Notes under the pieces: model-generated
Database searches by the model: none
Told to the model about the DNA's origin: nothing
What the model saw: the letters and a program-made list of their open reading frames with translations, nothing else
NCBI GenBank assembly: GCA_965140445.1
Contig: OZ223236.1
Location: forward strand, 4,704,001 to 4,768,000
DNA: 64,000 bases
Source of the DNA: Candidatus Ozemobacteraceae bacterium
GTDB lineage: Bacteria; Muiribacteriota; Ozemobacteria; Ozemobacterales; Ozemobacteraceae
Direction of reading: 5' to 3'
In this document: positions 40,099-50,197 of the stretch, one piece after another
Position numbering within the stretch: position 1 is the first letter of the stretch
Layout of the letters: each line of letters opens with the position of its first letter
Position numbers and translations under genes: made by a program

Positions 40099-41742
40099 TT
40101 ATTTCCAGCTCCATTTAATCTTATTCTTAACCACATTGCAGTCGAATTTAACTTTCCACTGAGAAATGGAAAAGTTGCCTTTTTTATCAATCTCGGCGTT
40201 TTTTACTTTAAATTTTTGAGTTCCTTGCGGGAAACCTAGTTTTAATTGCGTTTCACCATTGAATACAGCTTTCCAATCTGTTAGCTCTTTGCTTTTTGAA
40301 TCGAATACAGGAGAACAGGTAATTGCTCCACTTGCGCTTACTTTGCCGCTACTGATACTCCAGGGAAAACTATATTCCCCTGCCTCTTGAAAATTAATAT
40401 TCCCATGAAAGATCTTTCTTCCATCCCAAAACGAACCCCCATTACATTTAAGCTCTTTTTCTTTTTTGCTTAAGGTGAGGGTTATATTAAATTTTGGCCC
40501 AGCGCTGTTCTTAAGGAAATCAGCTTTACCAATAAATTTACCCTTTTTCCCTTCAATAAAAGCATTGCCAGGACCAACTGGATATTGTTTAATCTGCCAG
40601 TATTCACCATCAAGTGTTCTAAACAATTCGAAAGAAAGATTCCCGATTTCAAAAGGCACACCTGGTCGGTCGCGATTCAGCTTCAAATCTTCCACTGAAG
40701 TTTTAAGTAGCTTGCCTGAAAGAGGGTCTTCAGCCTCAACATCACCAGAGAAGTAACATTCCATTCCTTCAATAAGTTTGAACTTCAGCTCATCTTTGGT
40801 CTCTTTGATGACAGGCTTCATCTTGAAAGTCCCGGCCCACTTGATCGATTGATAGCTACCTTTAATTGGAAAGGAAAAACCAGTTTCATCAAGTTCCACT
40901 TTTCCAGAATGAGCCTTTTCTTTTCCCAGATTGATCTTTAGCGAAAGGCTTCTTTTTACTTTATTCCCATTTTGGGAAATTTTAGCCTTGCCTGATATTT
41001 GATATGGACTCCCTGCCAGAGATACTTTAAGATCTCTACCATAAAGGGTTTTGTTCTGAGGGTCCACTTCCAGATGAGCAAAACCAAAATCCACATACGC
41101 AGAAATTTTTTCGACTTTGTTTTTGAACAGATTCACTTCTGCGTAGCCAGATATAAATGGAATTCTTGCAATTCCTTTCTGATCAATTTGTATTTCAGAG
41201 CAAACAAAATTGGTTTCGGCCACCTTTGGATCATTGTAATAAGAAGTTCCCGAAAGACTAATCTGCCAGCCTTTAACCATGTCACCCTTCTTAAACTTTT
41301 TTGAGTCATTTGTTTCCGGCTTAAAGTTTATTTTGCCAGTAAAGCGAAAAAGTTTGTCAGAGAGTTCGACAGGACAGGCAATGCTGGAATCATTAATTTC
41401 CATCGGACCTTTGTAAATTTCTTTTCCTTCTAGAAAAGCTGCCCCATTAATTTCCACGGAAGGCGAAGCCGTTGGCTCAAACTCTTCAATCTTTTTTAAA
41501 CTGGCATTTATGATTATTTTGCCCGGCCATGTCATTTTTAAATTTCCGCGTGGACCTGACTTTTGTGCTCGGAAATCGAAATCTGATTCGGCCTCAATTT
41601 TATCCGAAAGTACTTCCCCTTTAACCTTAAATGCGGCAAAACCAAAAATCATAGTCTCAGAATATGATTTTAATCTGGTTTCAGATGCCCCACATGGGTT
41701 AATTACAATCAAAAGGGCCAGAAGGAATATCAATTTTCTCAA
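40099..41742 (-). CDS. secreted beta-rich protein with three internal repeats
   Basis: Signal peptide; threefold repeated motifs (see findings). Confidence 0.65.
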   Translation of the reverse strand: MRKLIFLLALLIVINPCGASETRLKSYSETMIFGFAAFKVKGEVLSDKIEAESDFDFRAQKSGPRGNLKMTWPGKIIINASLKKIEEFEPTASPSVEINGAAFLEGKEIYKGPMEINDSSIACPVELSDKLFRFTGKINFKPETNDSKKFKKGDMVKGWQISLSGTSYYNDPKVAETNFVCSEIQIDQKGIARIPFISGYAEVNLFKNKVEKISAYVDFGFAHLEVDPQNKTLYGRDLKVSLAGSPYQISGKAKISQNGNKVKRSLSLKINLGKEKAHSGKVELDETGFSFPIKGSYQSIKWAGTFKMKPVIKETKDELKFKLIEGMECYFSGDVEAEDPLSGKLLKTSVEDLKLNRDRPGVPFEIGNLSFELFRTLDGEYWQIKQYPVGPGNAFIEGKKGKFIGKADFLKNSAGPKFNITLTLSKKEKELKCNGGSFWDGRKIFHGNINFQEAGEYSFPWSISSGKVSASGAITCSPVFDSKSKELTDWKAVFNGETQLKLGFPQGTQKFKVKNAEIDKKGNFSISQWKVKFDCNVVKNKIKWSWK

Positions 41743-42107
41743 AAGACGCCCCCATTTGTTAAATCTGTATATATTAAATTTCCCACACTTAAGACAGAAT
41801 GGTCAACTTTCAACATTATTTTTTAAAAACAGGGAATTATAAACGCAAAACTTGATTTAGTAGCAGTCTGACTGCTATGTCTTTTAAAAATTTGCCATAT
41901 CGAGCGAGAATATTTACATTGAATAATATGAGATTGTCTTCATCTAAATTGTAGAAGTAAAAGATCTTGTTTAAGTTAAAACATTGATCTCAAGTTGAAA
42001 TTGTAAGAAATTCTGCAAAAAAATTTAACTTCACAAAAAAAGCTGCTAGTATAACCAAAAACTATTCAATCACTCTTCTATGACAATGCTCTGAAGATTA
42101 ATTAACA

Positions 42108-43037
42108 ATGAACCAAATTACTGCAAAAGATTCAATTAATATTGATCAAAAAATACGCGAAGCTCAGATTCAGTTGCTTTATCGGCAAACATGGACTGGG
42201 CTTAGTGGCAGCATTATTGTTTGCCTTACTGCTTGTTTAATTTTCTGGCATGTTGTTCCCCAATGGAAACTTTCTTTGTGGGCGGCAATATCAGTTCTCT
42301 TAACTTTTGTTAGAGGCGCTACTATGGTTGCATTTCAAAAAAGGAATCCTGCAATTTCTGAATTTAAAAAATGGGCAAATTTTCATGTGGTTGGTACTGT
42401 TTTTTCCGCTGTTCTATGGTCTCTCCCTTTTATTTTCTTTTGGCCAGAAAATAATCCATTATATCAACTAGTCTGGCCAATACTTGTTTTACCTCTGAGC
42501 GCAGCCGCTGTTGCTACTTACTATACATGGAACTGGTCTTATGCATCATTTGTCCTTCTTTCTGTGGTTCCCATTTCTCTAAGATTTTTTTATGAAGGTG
42601 GTTTTCTCTTCAATATTCTTGGAGTGCTTTCACTTTTCTACATTGGAGTATTACTGCGTGCTGGAAAAATAATGAATGCTGCCAGCGCACGCACTTTTGA
42701 ATTTGGAATCCGCAACGAAGCATTGAATATTGACCTGCAAGAAGGAATAGATATTAGAGAAAATCTAAATGCTCAGCTTCAGCAACAAGTTTCTGAAATA
42801 ACTATTGCCGAAAGAGAAAAAGCTAAACTCATCCATGAACTCCAGGGGGCCCTCGAAGAAATTAAAACGCTGAAGGGTGTCATTCCTATTTGCATGCACT
42901 GCAAGGGAATCAGAGACGGAAAAGGCTATTGGAATGAACTTGAACAGTATATTTCAGAGCATTCTGATGCTCAGTTCAGTCACGGCGTTTGTAACGACTG
43001 TTTGAAGAAACATTATTCCGATGAGGATGACGAATAA
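42108..43037 (+). CDS. membrane sensor with C-terminal PICxxCK...FSHxxCxxC domain
   Basis: About 6 TM, coiled coil, then EIKTLKGVIPICMHCKGIRD..GYW..FSHGVCNDC. Confidence 0.8.
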   Translation: MNQITAKDSINIDQKIREAQIQLLYRQTWTGLSGSIIVCLTACLIFWHVVPQWKLSLWAAISVLLTFVRGATMVAFQKRNPAISEFKKWANFHVVGTVFSAVLWSLPFIFFWPENNPLYQLVWPILVLPLSAAAVATYYTWNWSYASFVLLSVVPISLRFFYEGGFLFNILGVLSLFYIGVLLRAGKIMNAASARTFEFGIRNEALNIDLQEGIDIRENLNAQLQQQVSEITIAEREKAKLIHELQGALEEIKTLKGVIPICMHCKGIRDGKGYWNELEQYISEHSDAQFSHGVCNDCLKKHYSDEDDE

Positions 43038-43074
43038 ATTATATTTCGAATAGAAAGGCACCAACCTATTCGTC

Positions 43075-43596
43075 TTAAGCACTCTCCAGCAGCTGGTTGT
43101 TAAAATAAACATTTAGATTTTTAAATTTAACTGCGATATTTTGCAGCGTTGAAATAATATCACTTTCCTTGATAGGGGAATCAACATGTTCTTTTACTGA
43201 GTATTCAATTGTGTTGCCCGTTATAGTATCTGAACTTTCAGATTCCGATACTTTGATTACAGACCCATCTGAAATACAAAATTTGTGGATTTTCCCATGT
43301 TTAGCAACTGTGAGATTGATCTTTTCACACATTTCAGCAAATAGAGACATCCCTAAAGCCGGATAAACAAAAGAAGTTAAGGCTGGCCTGGAATCAGCCA
43401 ATGAAAGCTGACAATAAACCATCTCAAGATAAGGTATGCCATTTATAATTTTTCCAATGGCATGCCCTCTACCATCATCACTAATAGTAATAAAATCGTC
43501 TTCAAACTTAACCTTTAAAGTTTTCGCTTCACCCTCAAGGTGTTCTGTCACTACATATGCAATTACAGTTTTAAACATTGCCAACCTGATATTCAC
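43075..43596 (-). CDS. stand-alone GyrB-like GHKL domain
   Basis: ITISDDGRGH, LG.S..AEMC, TGNTIEY, LNVYFN; GTG start at 43596 after GGAGG. Confidence 0.6.
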   Translation of the reverse strand: MNIRLAMFKTVIAYVVTEHLEGEAKTLKVKFEDDFITISDDGRGHAIGKIINGIPYLEMVYCQLSLADSRPALTSFVYPALGMSLFAEMCEKINLTVAKHGKIHKFCISDGSVIKVSESESSDTITGNTIEYSVKEHVDSPIKESDIISTLQNIAVKFKNLNVYFNNQLLESA

Positions 43597-44012
43597 AAAG
43601 CCCTCCAAAACAAACTTCTGTCTCGCACCAAAAATATAGAGCCACGCAACAAACTACATGCCTTAAAAGCCTTTTATCAAAAGGGAATATAGGATTATCG
43701 AATCCTCTTCGCCGGTTGATAAACTTTATAATCTGCTTCAGTTCAGCAAAAATCCATCAAACCACTGTCCAGTCTCTCCCGAACAGGAATATTTATGTCT
43801 TCGTTGAAAATTTTCATTTACAAATACATGGCTAAGATCTGTAAAGCTCAAACCTGTATCAATTAAGCGTATCACAAAGAGAAAAAGCAAGCCAGAATCT
43901 GGCTTTAAATATTCATTGAAGGCTTTTTTTAATAGATGAAAATTAAACAATTTATTTTTATGAAAAAAAAGGTTATTGTAACTATAAAAGATTTACTTTA
44001 TAATTACTTTAG

Positions 44013-44429
44013 ATGGAGGAAAATATGAATATACCAATAATAAGTATCGGAAACTCTAAAGGCATAAGAATTCCAAAGGCCATTTTAAACCAATGCAAGG
44101 TTAAAGAACAGGTAGAGATTAAGGTTGTTGATAATCAGATAGTTCTCACACCAATTGAAAAGAAAGAATTCGCCATTTCTTTCGAGAATATTCCTGAATT
44201 TACAGACCAGGAAGTCCAACTGATGCTACAAGCCGTAGACTTCCCAAAGCTGGCAATCTCCATGATCAATTCATCAAACGAAGTTAAGAAAAAGATCTTT
44301 AAAAACATGTCCGATCGAGCTGCCAAACTACTGAAAGATAAACTAACTAAGCTCGAAAAAATGGACACAAAAGATCTGCTGATAGAAATTCAAAGGGTAA
44401 ATGTCGTTAATATCTTTTCGAATCTTTAA
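44013..44429 (+). CDS. AbrB/MazE DNA-binding domain fused to a FliG C-terminal-like domain
   Basis: IISIGNSKGIRIPKAIL..IVLTP, then SFENI..TDQEVQLMLQAVD..LAIS..KKKIFKNMSDRAAKLL. Confidence 0.8.
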   Translation: MEENMNIPIISIGNSKGIRIPKAILNQCKVKEQVEIKVVDNQIVLTPIEKKEFAISFENIPEFTDQEVQLMLQAVDFPKLAISMINSSNEVKKKIFKNMSDRAAKLLKDKLTKLEKMDTKDLLIEIQRVNVVNIFSNL

Positions 44430-44787
44430 CAGCCAGAATAACTTAGGAGAAAAAATTGGATAAAACCAGCGAATTCAACCACGGTTCCACGGAAAGACTA
44501 CCTGCTCTATTTGACCAGAAACCTAACATGGCTCCCAAAAAAATTTTCCACAAAGAGCAACGAGTTTATCTCCCTGGCAAAAATGGATTTACAGACAATT
44601 TTGACTCGTAGAAAAATACTCTCAGAACTAATTTTAGAAATCAAAGCAAAAATAGAATCAGAACAATTATGTGATCTGGAAAATGAAAATGTATCTCCTA
44701 AAATTTCTCTAAGCTTTAATGATTCCGAGATTTCATCAACACAATCTTGGAGATTTCATAGTTAAAAACGTTCTCCTTCAGTAATAC

Positions 44788-44828
44788 AAAAAAGAGTAAC
44801 CGCAGAAATTGCGATTACTCTTTTTTTT
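44788..44828. terminator. bidirectional Rho-independent terminator
   Basis: AAAAAAGAGTAACCGCA-gaaat-TGCGATTACTCTTTTTT. Confidence 0.75.
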
Positions 44829-44842
44829 GTCTGTTTATCAAT

Positions 44843-45568
44843 CTATGCGAAGAAAACTTTTCCAATATCAATTATGGTTGTATAAAAAGTCAGGCCTAAA
44901 ATAAATATCCAGCCTGCAATTGCCATGGGCATGTGAAGTTTTAAAAACTTAGGGTGCAACTTTTCAAGGGCGAAAAGAACCATTTTTCCACCATCTAAAG
45001 CAGGTATTGGTAATAGATTTAAAACAGCAAGGTTTAAGCTGATTAAAGCAACAAATCCTAACGCTTGCTCTGGATTATTGCCAATAAACGCTTCGCCCTG
45101 AGAGACAATGCCAATTATACCGGATACGTGGCCACTTCCCGAAAATAAGGATGGAAGCGAACAGACCATCAACCACATTGTTGTAAACGCTCTCTCAACT
45201 GGCGCTATAAAGGTCGACACAAGCGCAAACCCTTTAATAGCTATATTTTGAAAAGAATAACAAACGATGGGAAGGGCAATACTGGCAGCCGGCCCCCCGG
45301 CAGTCATAATGAATCTTTTGTAAACTGGCAGGTTAAAGAAATCCTCTTCAGTTTCAATTTTTGGTAATACATAGCCTCCGAAAGGAAACATTGAGAGTCG
45401 ATACTCGGTTTCGCCATCTTTAAAGCTGTATATTGCCTTTCCAAAACCTATTGAAAAAACCTCTATTGGAACGCCAGCCCATTTTGCAGCCAGAAAATGT
45501 CCAAATTCATGCACCAGGATGACAAAACCCACCAGAAAAGCAACGAAAAGATAACTCATACTAAGCAC
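44843..45568 (-). CDS. site-2 protease (M50, RseP-like, no PDZ)
   Basis: VHEFGH, FSIGFG, PFGGYV, AGGP, NLLPIPALDGG. Confidence 0.9.
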   Translation of the reverse strand: MLSMSYLFVAFLVGFVILVHEFGHFLAAKWAGVPIEVFSIGFGKAIYSFKDGETEYRLSMFPFGGYVLPKIETEEDFFNLPVYKRFIMTAGGPAASIALPIVCYSFQNIAIKGFALVSTFIAPVERAFTTMWLMVCSLPSLFSGSGHVSGIIGIVSQGEAFIGNNPEQALGFVALISLNLAVLNLLPIPALDGGKMVLFALEKLHPKFLKLHMPMAIAGWIFILGLTFYTTIIDIGKVFFA

Positions 45569-45655
45569 CTGCCAATTTTATTCAATATATACTTCGGTAT
45601 TGTGAGAATAAAAACGAACAGAATTTCAAATGGATTTAGTTTTTAAAAATAGCTT

Positions 45656-46459
45656 TTAGTTCTCTACAGGAACGCTGGTCATAGTGCCCAGCATTATAAA
45701 GTAAATGGCAAAAAGCCCAAAACAAGTTATCCAAAGAGCACCACAAACATAAGGTGCTCGCTGCATTTTTTTTTCACGGGCTTCTTCGTCTCTTTTTACC
45801 ATATCCCAGAATGGATCTTTTTTGGGCTCTACTTTACTTTCAGAAGAGGTTTTTGGTCCTTTAGCCAAAGCTGTCTTCTTCTCATAATCTGATCCGCCAT
45901 TTTTTTTATATATCCTTCCTGGGCTTTCCTGCATTTTTAGTTCGAAATCTTTTGTAATTTTATCAAATGCTTTTTCCGTGGCTATCTTTCTAGCTTTCCA
46001 CGGCGCATAGACCATTTGATAGTAGCTCAGATAGCCGATAGAAACAGCCCCAGCAATTATCATGAACAAAACACCCAGAGAATTCAACATGCTCAGAATA
46101 AATGGCTTCTCGCTCTTTTTCCATATTCGGCCAGAAATAAAGCAATCCAGACCAACAAAAAAAACATATGGGCTAAGCATTCCCAAAGCAGCGACTGGAT
46201 AACCAAGAGGATTACTTGAGTTCTTTACCAGTCCAGATTTTGTGGCAATATAAAATGATAGATAAACCAGTGGAAGTAAAACAACGCCCAAAAGCATGCA
46301 TTTTATGCCAAATCCTCTAATCTGCTTTACGCTTTTAAGCTCTGGCGAACCGAGCAAAGCCCCAACTTTATTATAAAACCATCCGTCAACCTGCTGTAGA
46401 TGTTTTTTGGACAATCGCGGTTGCATAATTTTTTCCTGAGTTTCTGGAATTTCGTGCAT
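45656..46459 (-). CDS. hypothetical membrane protein
   Basis: 4 TM segments; GGAG RBS. Confidence 0.55.
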   Translation of the reverse strand: MHEIPETQEKIMQPRLSKKHLQQVDGWFYNKVGALLGSPELKSVKQIRGFGIKCMLLGVVLLPLVYLSFYIATKSGLVKNSSNPLGYPVAALGMLSPYVFFVGLDCFISGRIWKKSEKPFILSMLNSLGVLFMIIAGAVSIGYLSYYQMVYAPWKARKIATEKAFDKITKDFELKMQESPGRIYKKNGGSDYEKKTALAKGPKTSSESKVEPKKDPFWDMVKRDEEAREKKMQRAPYVCGALWITCFGLFAIYFIMLGTMTSVPVEN

Positions 46460-46716
46460 AGCTCCAAAATTTGTCTGCAGAACTATTGTTTATTTTACCC
46501 GCAATAAGCATTTGTAGTCAAAATGAGTGTGCATTTAACTATGCTCAACCAATAAATTTAGAACCCTTTATGTTATATCTGAATCGAAAAAGCAGAATAT
46601 TCCTCTGAACAACTATAAACCCTATTAGAAAAACAAAAAAATCGGATTTAAATTCTGTATAGCATTTCATCCCTCGGCTTGCATTAGTCCGAATCCGCAA
46701 AAAGAATTATTAATCA

Positions 46717-47154
46717 CTAAACACCAAAAAAGATCTTCACCCGAGTTTTCAACCTTCCCCAAAAACTGCTTTCACGAGCAAATATTTCTTTTGTGAGAGG
46801 AGTTGGCTTTTCGGTATTGCCATGCTTCTTACACCACACGATTGGGTTTCTTCCAAGGAGGTCTGCTTCAAACTCACAATCTGGGTTACATCCATGAATT
46901 TCACCTTTTAGGTAATTGCCGGACTTGAGAAGAGCAATATCAAGTTTCTTCATGGGTGCATCTGAGTGTTCCATGTCATACAATTCTATCGCCCCTTCCA
47001 ACACTCTTGATGAGGTAAAACATGAATTCTTAATCTGGGTAACTGGCCCATCATAAGCAGCACGAGAATTAGAAAGAAAAATTCCAAAAAACACAATGAC
47101 CAAAACTAGAATAAGCCCAACTATCATTGCAAAGTATTTCATTTTTTTCCTCAC
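46717..47154 (-). CDS. pilin/pseudopilin-like protein
   Basis: N-terminal TM; CFTSSRVLEGAIELYDME...NYLK...WCKKHG. Confidence 0.65.
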   Translation of the reverse strand: MRKKMKYFAMIVGLILVLVIVFFGIFLSNSRAAYDGPVTQIKNSCFTSSRVLEGAIELYDMEHSDAPMKKLDIALLKSGNYLKGEIHGCNPDCEFEADLLGRNPIVWCKKHGNTEKPTPLTKEIFARESSFWGRLKTRVKIFFGV

Positions 47155-47421
47155 TGCCTCACAAATTAATATGTTTGTTCAGATTATTTTGCTCTATTTC
47201 TTCAGAAAGAACAATATAACAGCAAAGAAAACTTTTAGTTTCATTTTAAGGCAATTGCAACCTTCAGATTTAACTTAAAGGGAGCATCTTCAAAGGCTTT
47301 ATGGGAATATGCTGAAGAGTTTTTTTATTTACAAATCAAAATTTGCATTTAAAACACAGCCTGCTAAGTTTTTAGCTATAATTTAGCCTCAATAGAAACA
47401 ATATTAAAGGATCCAAAAACT

Positions 47422-48273
47422 GTGATTGAAATAAGAAATCTTTGTGGAACCAGAATTGAAGAAATTCATGCCGCATTTGTTGACGCATTTTCTGAATATG
47501 AAGTGAAAATGAATCTACCAATTGCAAGCCTGCAAGAAATGATGACGACAAGAAGCTATAACCCCGAACTCTCGATTGGCTATTTTTCTGAAAATCGTTT
47601 GGCGGGTTTTATTCTGGTAGGCATTAGAAATGTTGATGGGAAACAAGTTGGGTATGATGTTGCCACAGGCGTAATAAAGGCTTTTCAAAAAAAAGGTGTT
47701 GGTGAAACACTTCTGAAAGCTTTGATTAAGGTAATTCAGGAAAAAAAAATAGAACGCTTTATCTTGGAAGTTCTGGTAAACAATATCCCAGCACAGAAGC
47801 TCTATGAGCGAAATGGTTTTAAAATAACCAGACGCTTACATTGTTTTGAAAAAAGCAATTTTGAGGCATTGATAAAGGATGAAATGCCTGTTGGCGAATC
47901 ATTTCACAGAATACAAAATCTTGATGAGAATCAATTCAGCACCTTTAGGCCTTCATGGCAAAATTCGTTCGCCTCATACCAAAATGTATCTGAAAAATAC
48001 CTGATAAAAACCATTTCAACGGAAAATATGGTTAACGCGTATGGAATTGTTCATGCTGAGAACGGCAACGTTCTACAAATTGGTGTGGCCCCGGATTGTC
48101 CACTACTAGAACATGTAACTGAAATATGTAATCTTCTGTTTAAATCCACAAAAGCAAAAAGTCTGAAATATCTAAACGTTGAAGCAAATAGCCAAATGAT
48201 TGAAATCCTTGAGCAAATAGGCTTTAAAAATACAATAGACCAATTTGAAATGGAGTATTTAAGCAAGTTTTAA
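47422..48273 (+). CDS. GNAT N-acetyltransferase (tandem fold)
   Basis: TGVIKAFQKKGVG, LEVLVNNIPAQKLYERNGF. Confidence 0.88.
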   Translation: MIEIRNLCGTRIEEIHAAFVDAFSEYEVKMNLPIASLQEMMTTRSYNPELSIGYFSENRLAGFILVGIRNVDGKQVGYDVATGVIKAFQKKGVGETLLKALIKVIQEKKIERFILEVLVNNIPAQKLYERNGFKITRRLHCFEKSNFEALIKDEMPVGESFHRIQNLDENQFSTFRPSWQNSFASYQNVSEKYLIKTISTENMVNAYGIVHAENGNVLQIGVAPDCPLLEHVTEICNLLFKSTKAKSLKYLNVEANSQMIEILEQIGFKNTIDQFEMEYLSKF

Positions 48274-48313
48274 ACGTGGCCAAGCTATTTTCGTGCAAAT
48301 TGTCTGACGAAAA

Positions 48314-48682
48314 TTAAACCCAGACGTCGTTGTCTGCAGTTAGTTCGCCTCCTGCTGCACCTGTGTTAACAACGCCTTTTGGTTCGATCAGCATGATTTT
48401 GCATTCTTTCTCAGCGACAGGTCTATGTTCTCGTCCTTTTGGAACTACAAACATCTCTCCGGCTTCCAATTTGACTTTTCCATCTCGAAATTCCAGATTT
48501 AGAGCTCCCTCAAATACGATAAATACTTCGTCGGTATCAGGATGGTCGTGCCAAACAAACTCACCTGCAATTTTCACTAATTTGAGCTGATAATCATTCA
48601 TTTCAGCTATAATTCTTGGCGACCAATGCTTTTCGAACTTAGAGAATTTTTCAGCAAAATTAATTGGCTCATTCATAGACAC
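48314..48682 (-). CDS. cupin domain protein
   Basis: [35 protein letters not shown]. Confidence 0.9.
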   Translation of the reverse strand: MSMNEPINFAEKFSKFEKHWSPRIIAEMNDYQLKLVKIAGEFVWHDHPDTDEVFIVFEGALNLEFRDGKVKLEAGEMFVVPKGREHRPVAEKECKIMLIEPKGVVNTGAAGGELTADNDVWV

Positions 48683-48837
48683 ATTCCTTACAAATCATTT
48701 TAAAATAAGCAATTCTGAAACATAAATCTTGTAACTGCTCTTCAAATAGCTATTATAATTAATAAACCTTGTAAAGAACTTACCAATGCTTTATTTTAAA
48801 TGCATTAAATTTAGCCTGTTTCAATCAAACCAAATTA

Positions 48838-49992
48838 ATGAAAAAGTTTCTTGCCTCACTGATTATATTCATATGCCTGATCTGCACAGCTAATGCCGAA
48901 GAGCTTCAGCTTACCCCGAAAGAAAAACAATGGCTGGAAAATCATAAGGTAATCAGACTAAGTGGTCCACAGGCTTTTCCTCCGTTTCAGTTTGTTGACA
49001 ACGACGGAGTTTTTAAAGGAATGGCCTCTGACTACATCTTTCATATAGCCAAAATGGTTGGCCTGAAAGTTGAAGTTGCAAAAAAGCATCTTTGGTCAGA
49101 AATTCTGGAAAAAATTCAAAGTAGAGAGGTTGACGTCCTGTCATGTGCGGCCATAACATCTGACCGTGAAAATTATCTTTTATATACAAATCCTCATCTC
49201 TCCTTTCCGCTCGTTATAATTAACAGAAAAGACAGCCCTTTTATTAGTGGTCTTGATGATCTAAAGGGAAAAATAGTTTCCATCACCAAAAAAGTATCGA
49301 CCTACGAATGGTTACAAAAAGATAACATCAATGTTAAACCCTATTTTGTAAACACTCCATCTGAAGGACTTAAAGCGGTCTCCCTTGGTTATTCTGAAGC
49401 AGCAATTGAAAACCTGGCAGTAGCTACTCATCTAATCGAAAAAAGAATGCTGACCAACTTAAAAATTGCCGCTCCGACTGCTTACGGAAATTATAACCTG
49501 TCTATCGCAGTTAGAAGTGACTGGCCAGAGCTAGTAAGCATTATTAATAAAGCCTTAGCCGCAATTAGCCAGGAAAAGCACAATGAAATTCGCCAACGTT
49601 GGATTGGTATACGCTATGATCATGGAATTCAAGCCCAGGATATTCTAAAGTGGATTCTACTTATAGGAGGGGTTGCGGCAATCATTTTGTCATTCTTTTT
49701 CTTTTGGAATAGAAAATTGGCCAAAGAAATCAGAGAAAGAAAAAATGCTGAGTCTAAAAATGTAAAACTAATAAACGAGCTTCAGAATGCCCTGGAAGAA
49801 ATCAAAACCCTGCGTGGGATTTTGCCGATCTGTAGTAGTTGCAAAATGATTCGGGATGATAATGGATATTGGAACCAAATTGAATCCTATATAGGGAAGC
49901 ATACAGAAGCAGAATTTAGTCATAGCATCTGCCCAAGCTGTGTAACAAAGCTTTACCCCGGCATGCCTATAGTTAATGAGTCCGATTCATAG
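48838..49992 (+). CDS. periplasmic SBP_bac_3 sensor + TM + PICxxCK...FSHxxCxxC domain
   Basis: LTPKEKQWL..FPPFQF..GMASDY (BvgS/EvgS-like PBP); C-terminal ILPICSSCKMIRDDNGYW..FSHSICPSC. Confidence 0.85.
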   Translation: MKKFLASLIIFICLICTANAEELQLTPKEKQWLENHKVIRLSGPQAFPPFQFVDNDGVFKGMASDYIFHIAKMVGLKVEVAKKHLWSEILEKIQSREVDVLSCAAITSDRENYLLYTNPHLSFPLVIINRKDSPFISGLDDLKGKIVSITKKVSTYEWLQKDNINVKPYFVNTPSEGLKAVSLGYSEAAIENLAVATHLIEKRMLTNLKIAAPTAYGNYNLSIAVRSDWPELVSIINKALAAISQEKHNEIRQRWIGIRYDHGIQAQDILKWILLIGGVAAIILSFFFFWNRKLAKEIRERKNAESKNVKLINELQNALEEIKTLRGILPICSSCKMIRDDNGYWNQIESYIGKHTEAEFSHSICPSCVTKLYPGMPIVNESDS

Positions 49993-50197
49993 CTAAGAAG
50001 CAAAAAAGCAATTTTCATTGTTTAGCAAAACTTAAACAAACCCAATATTTTTTAAATTAAAAAAGCCAAATAACGCCACTCAACGATTATTTTATATAAA
50101 ACGAACTTTGGGTGCGCTTTTAACAAAAACTACGCCATAGCGCCCCTTATTTTCCCTGCAAAGACTTTTTTAAAACTACTGCATGTTCCTCAAAATG

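Noticed and set aside
43640..43950. Short minus-strand ORF (70 aa) and adjacent frames
   Set aside because: No recognisable motif or RBS, and frames are interrupted by stops; at most a degraded remnant.
44511..44765. Cognate toxin for the AbrB-like gene
   Set aside because: No MazF/PemK, PIN or Doc motifs and a weak start; it is probably a remnant.
19075..49992. Integron cassette array or prophage
   Set aside because: Genes are in mixed orientation, with no recurring attC-like palindromes, integrase or phage structural genes.
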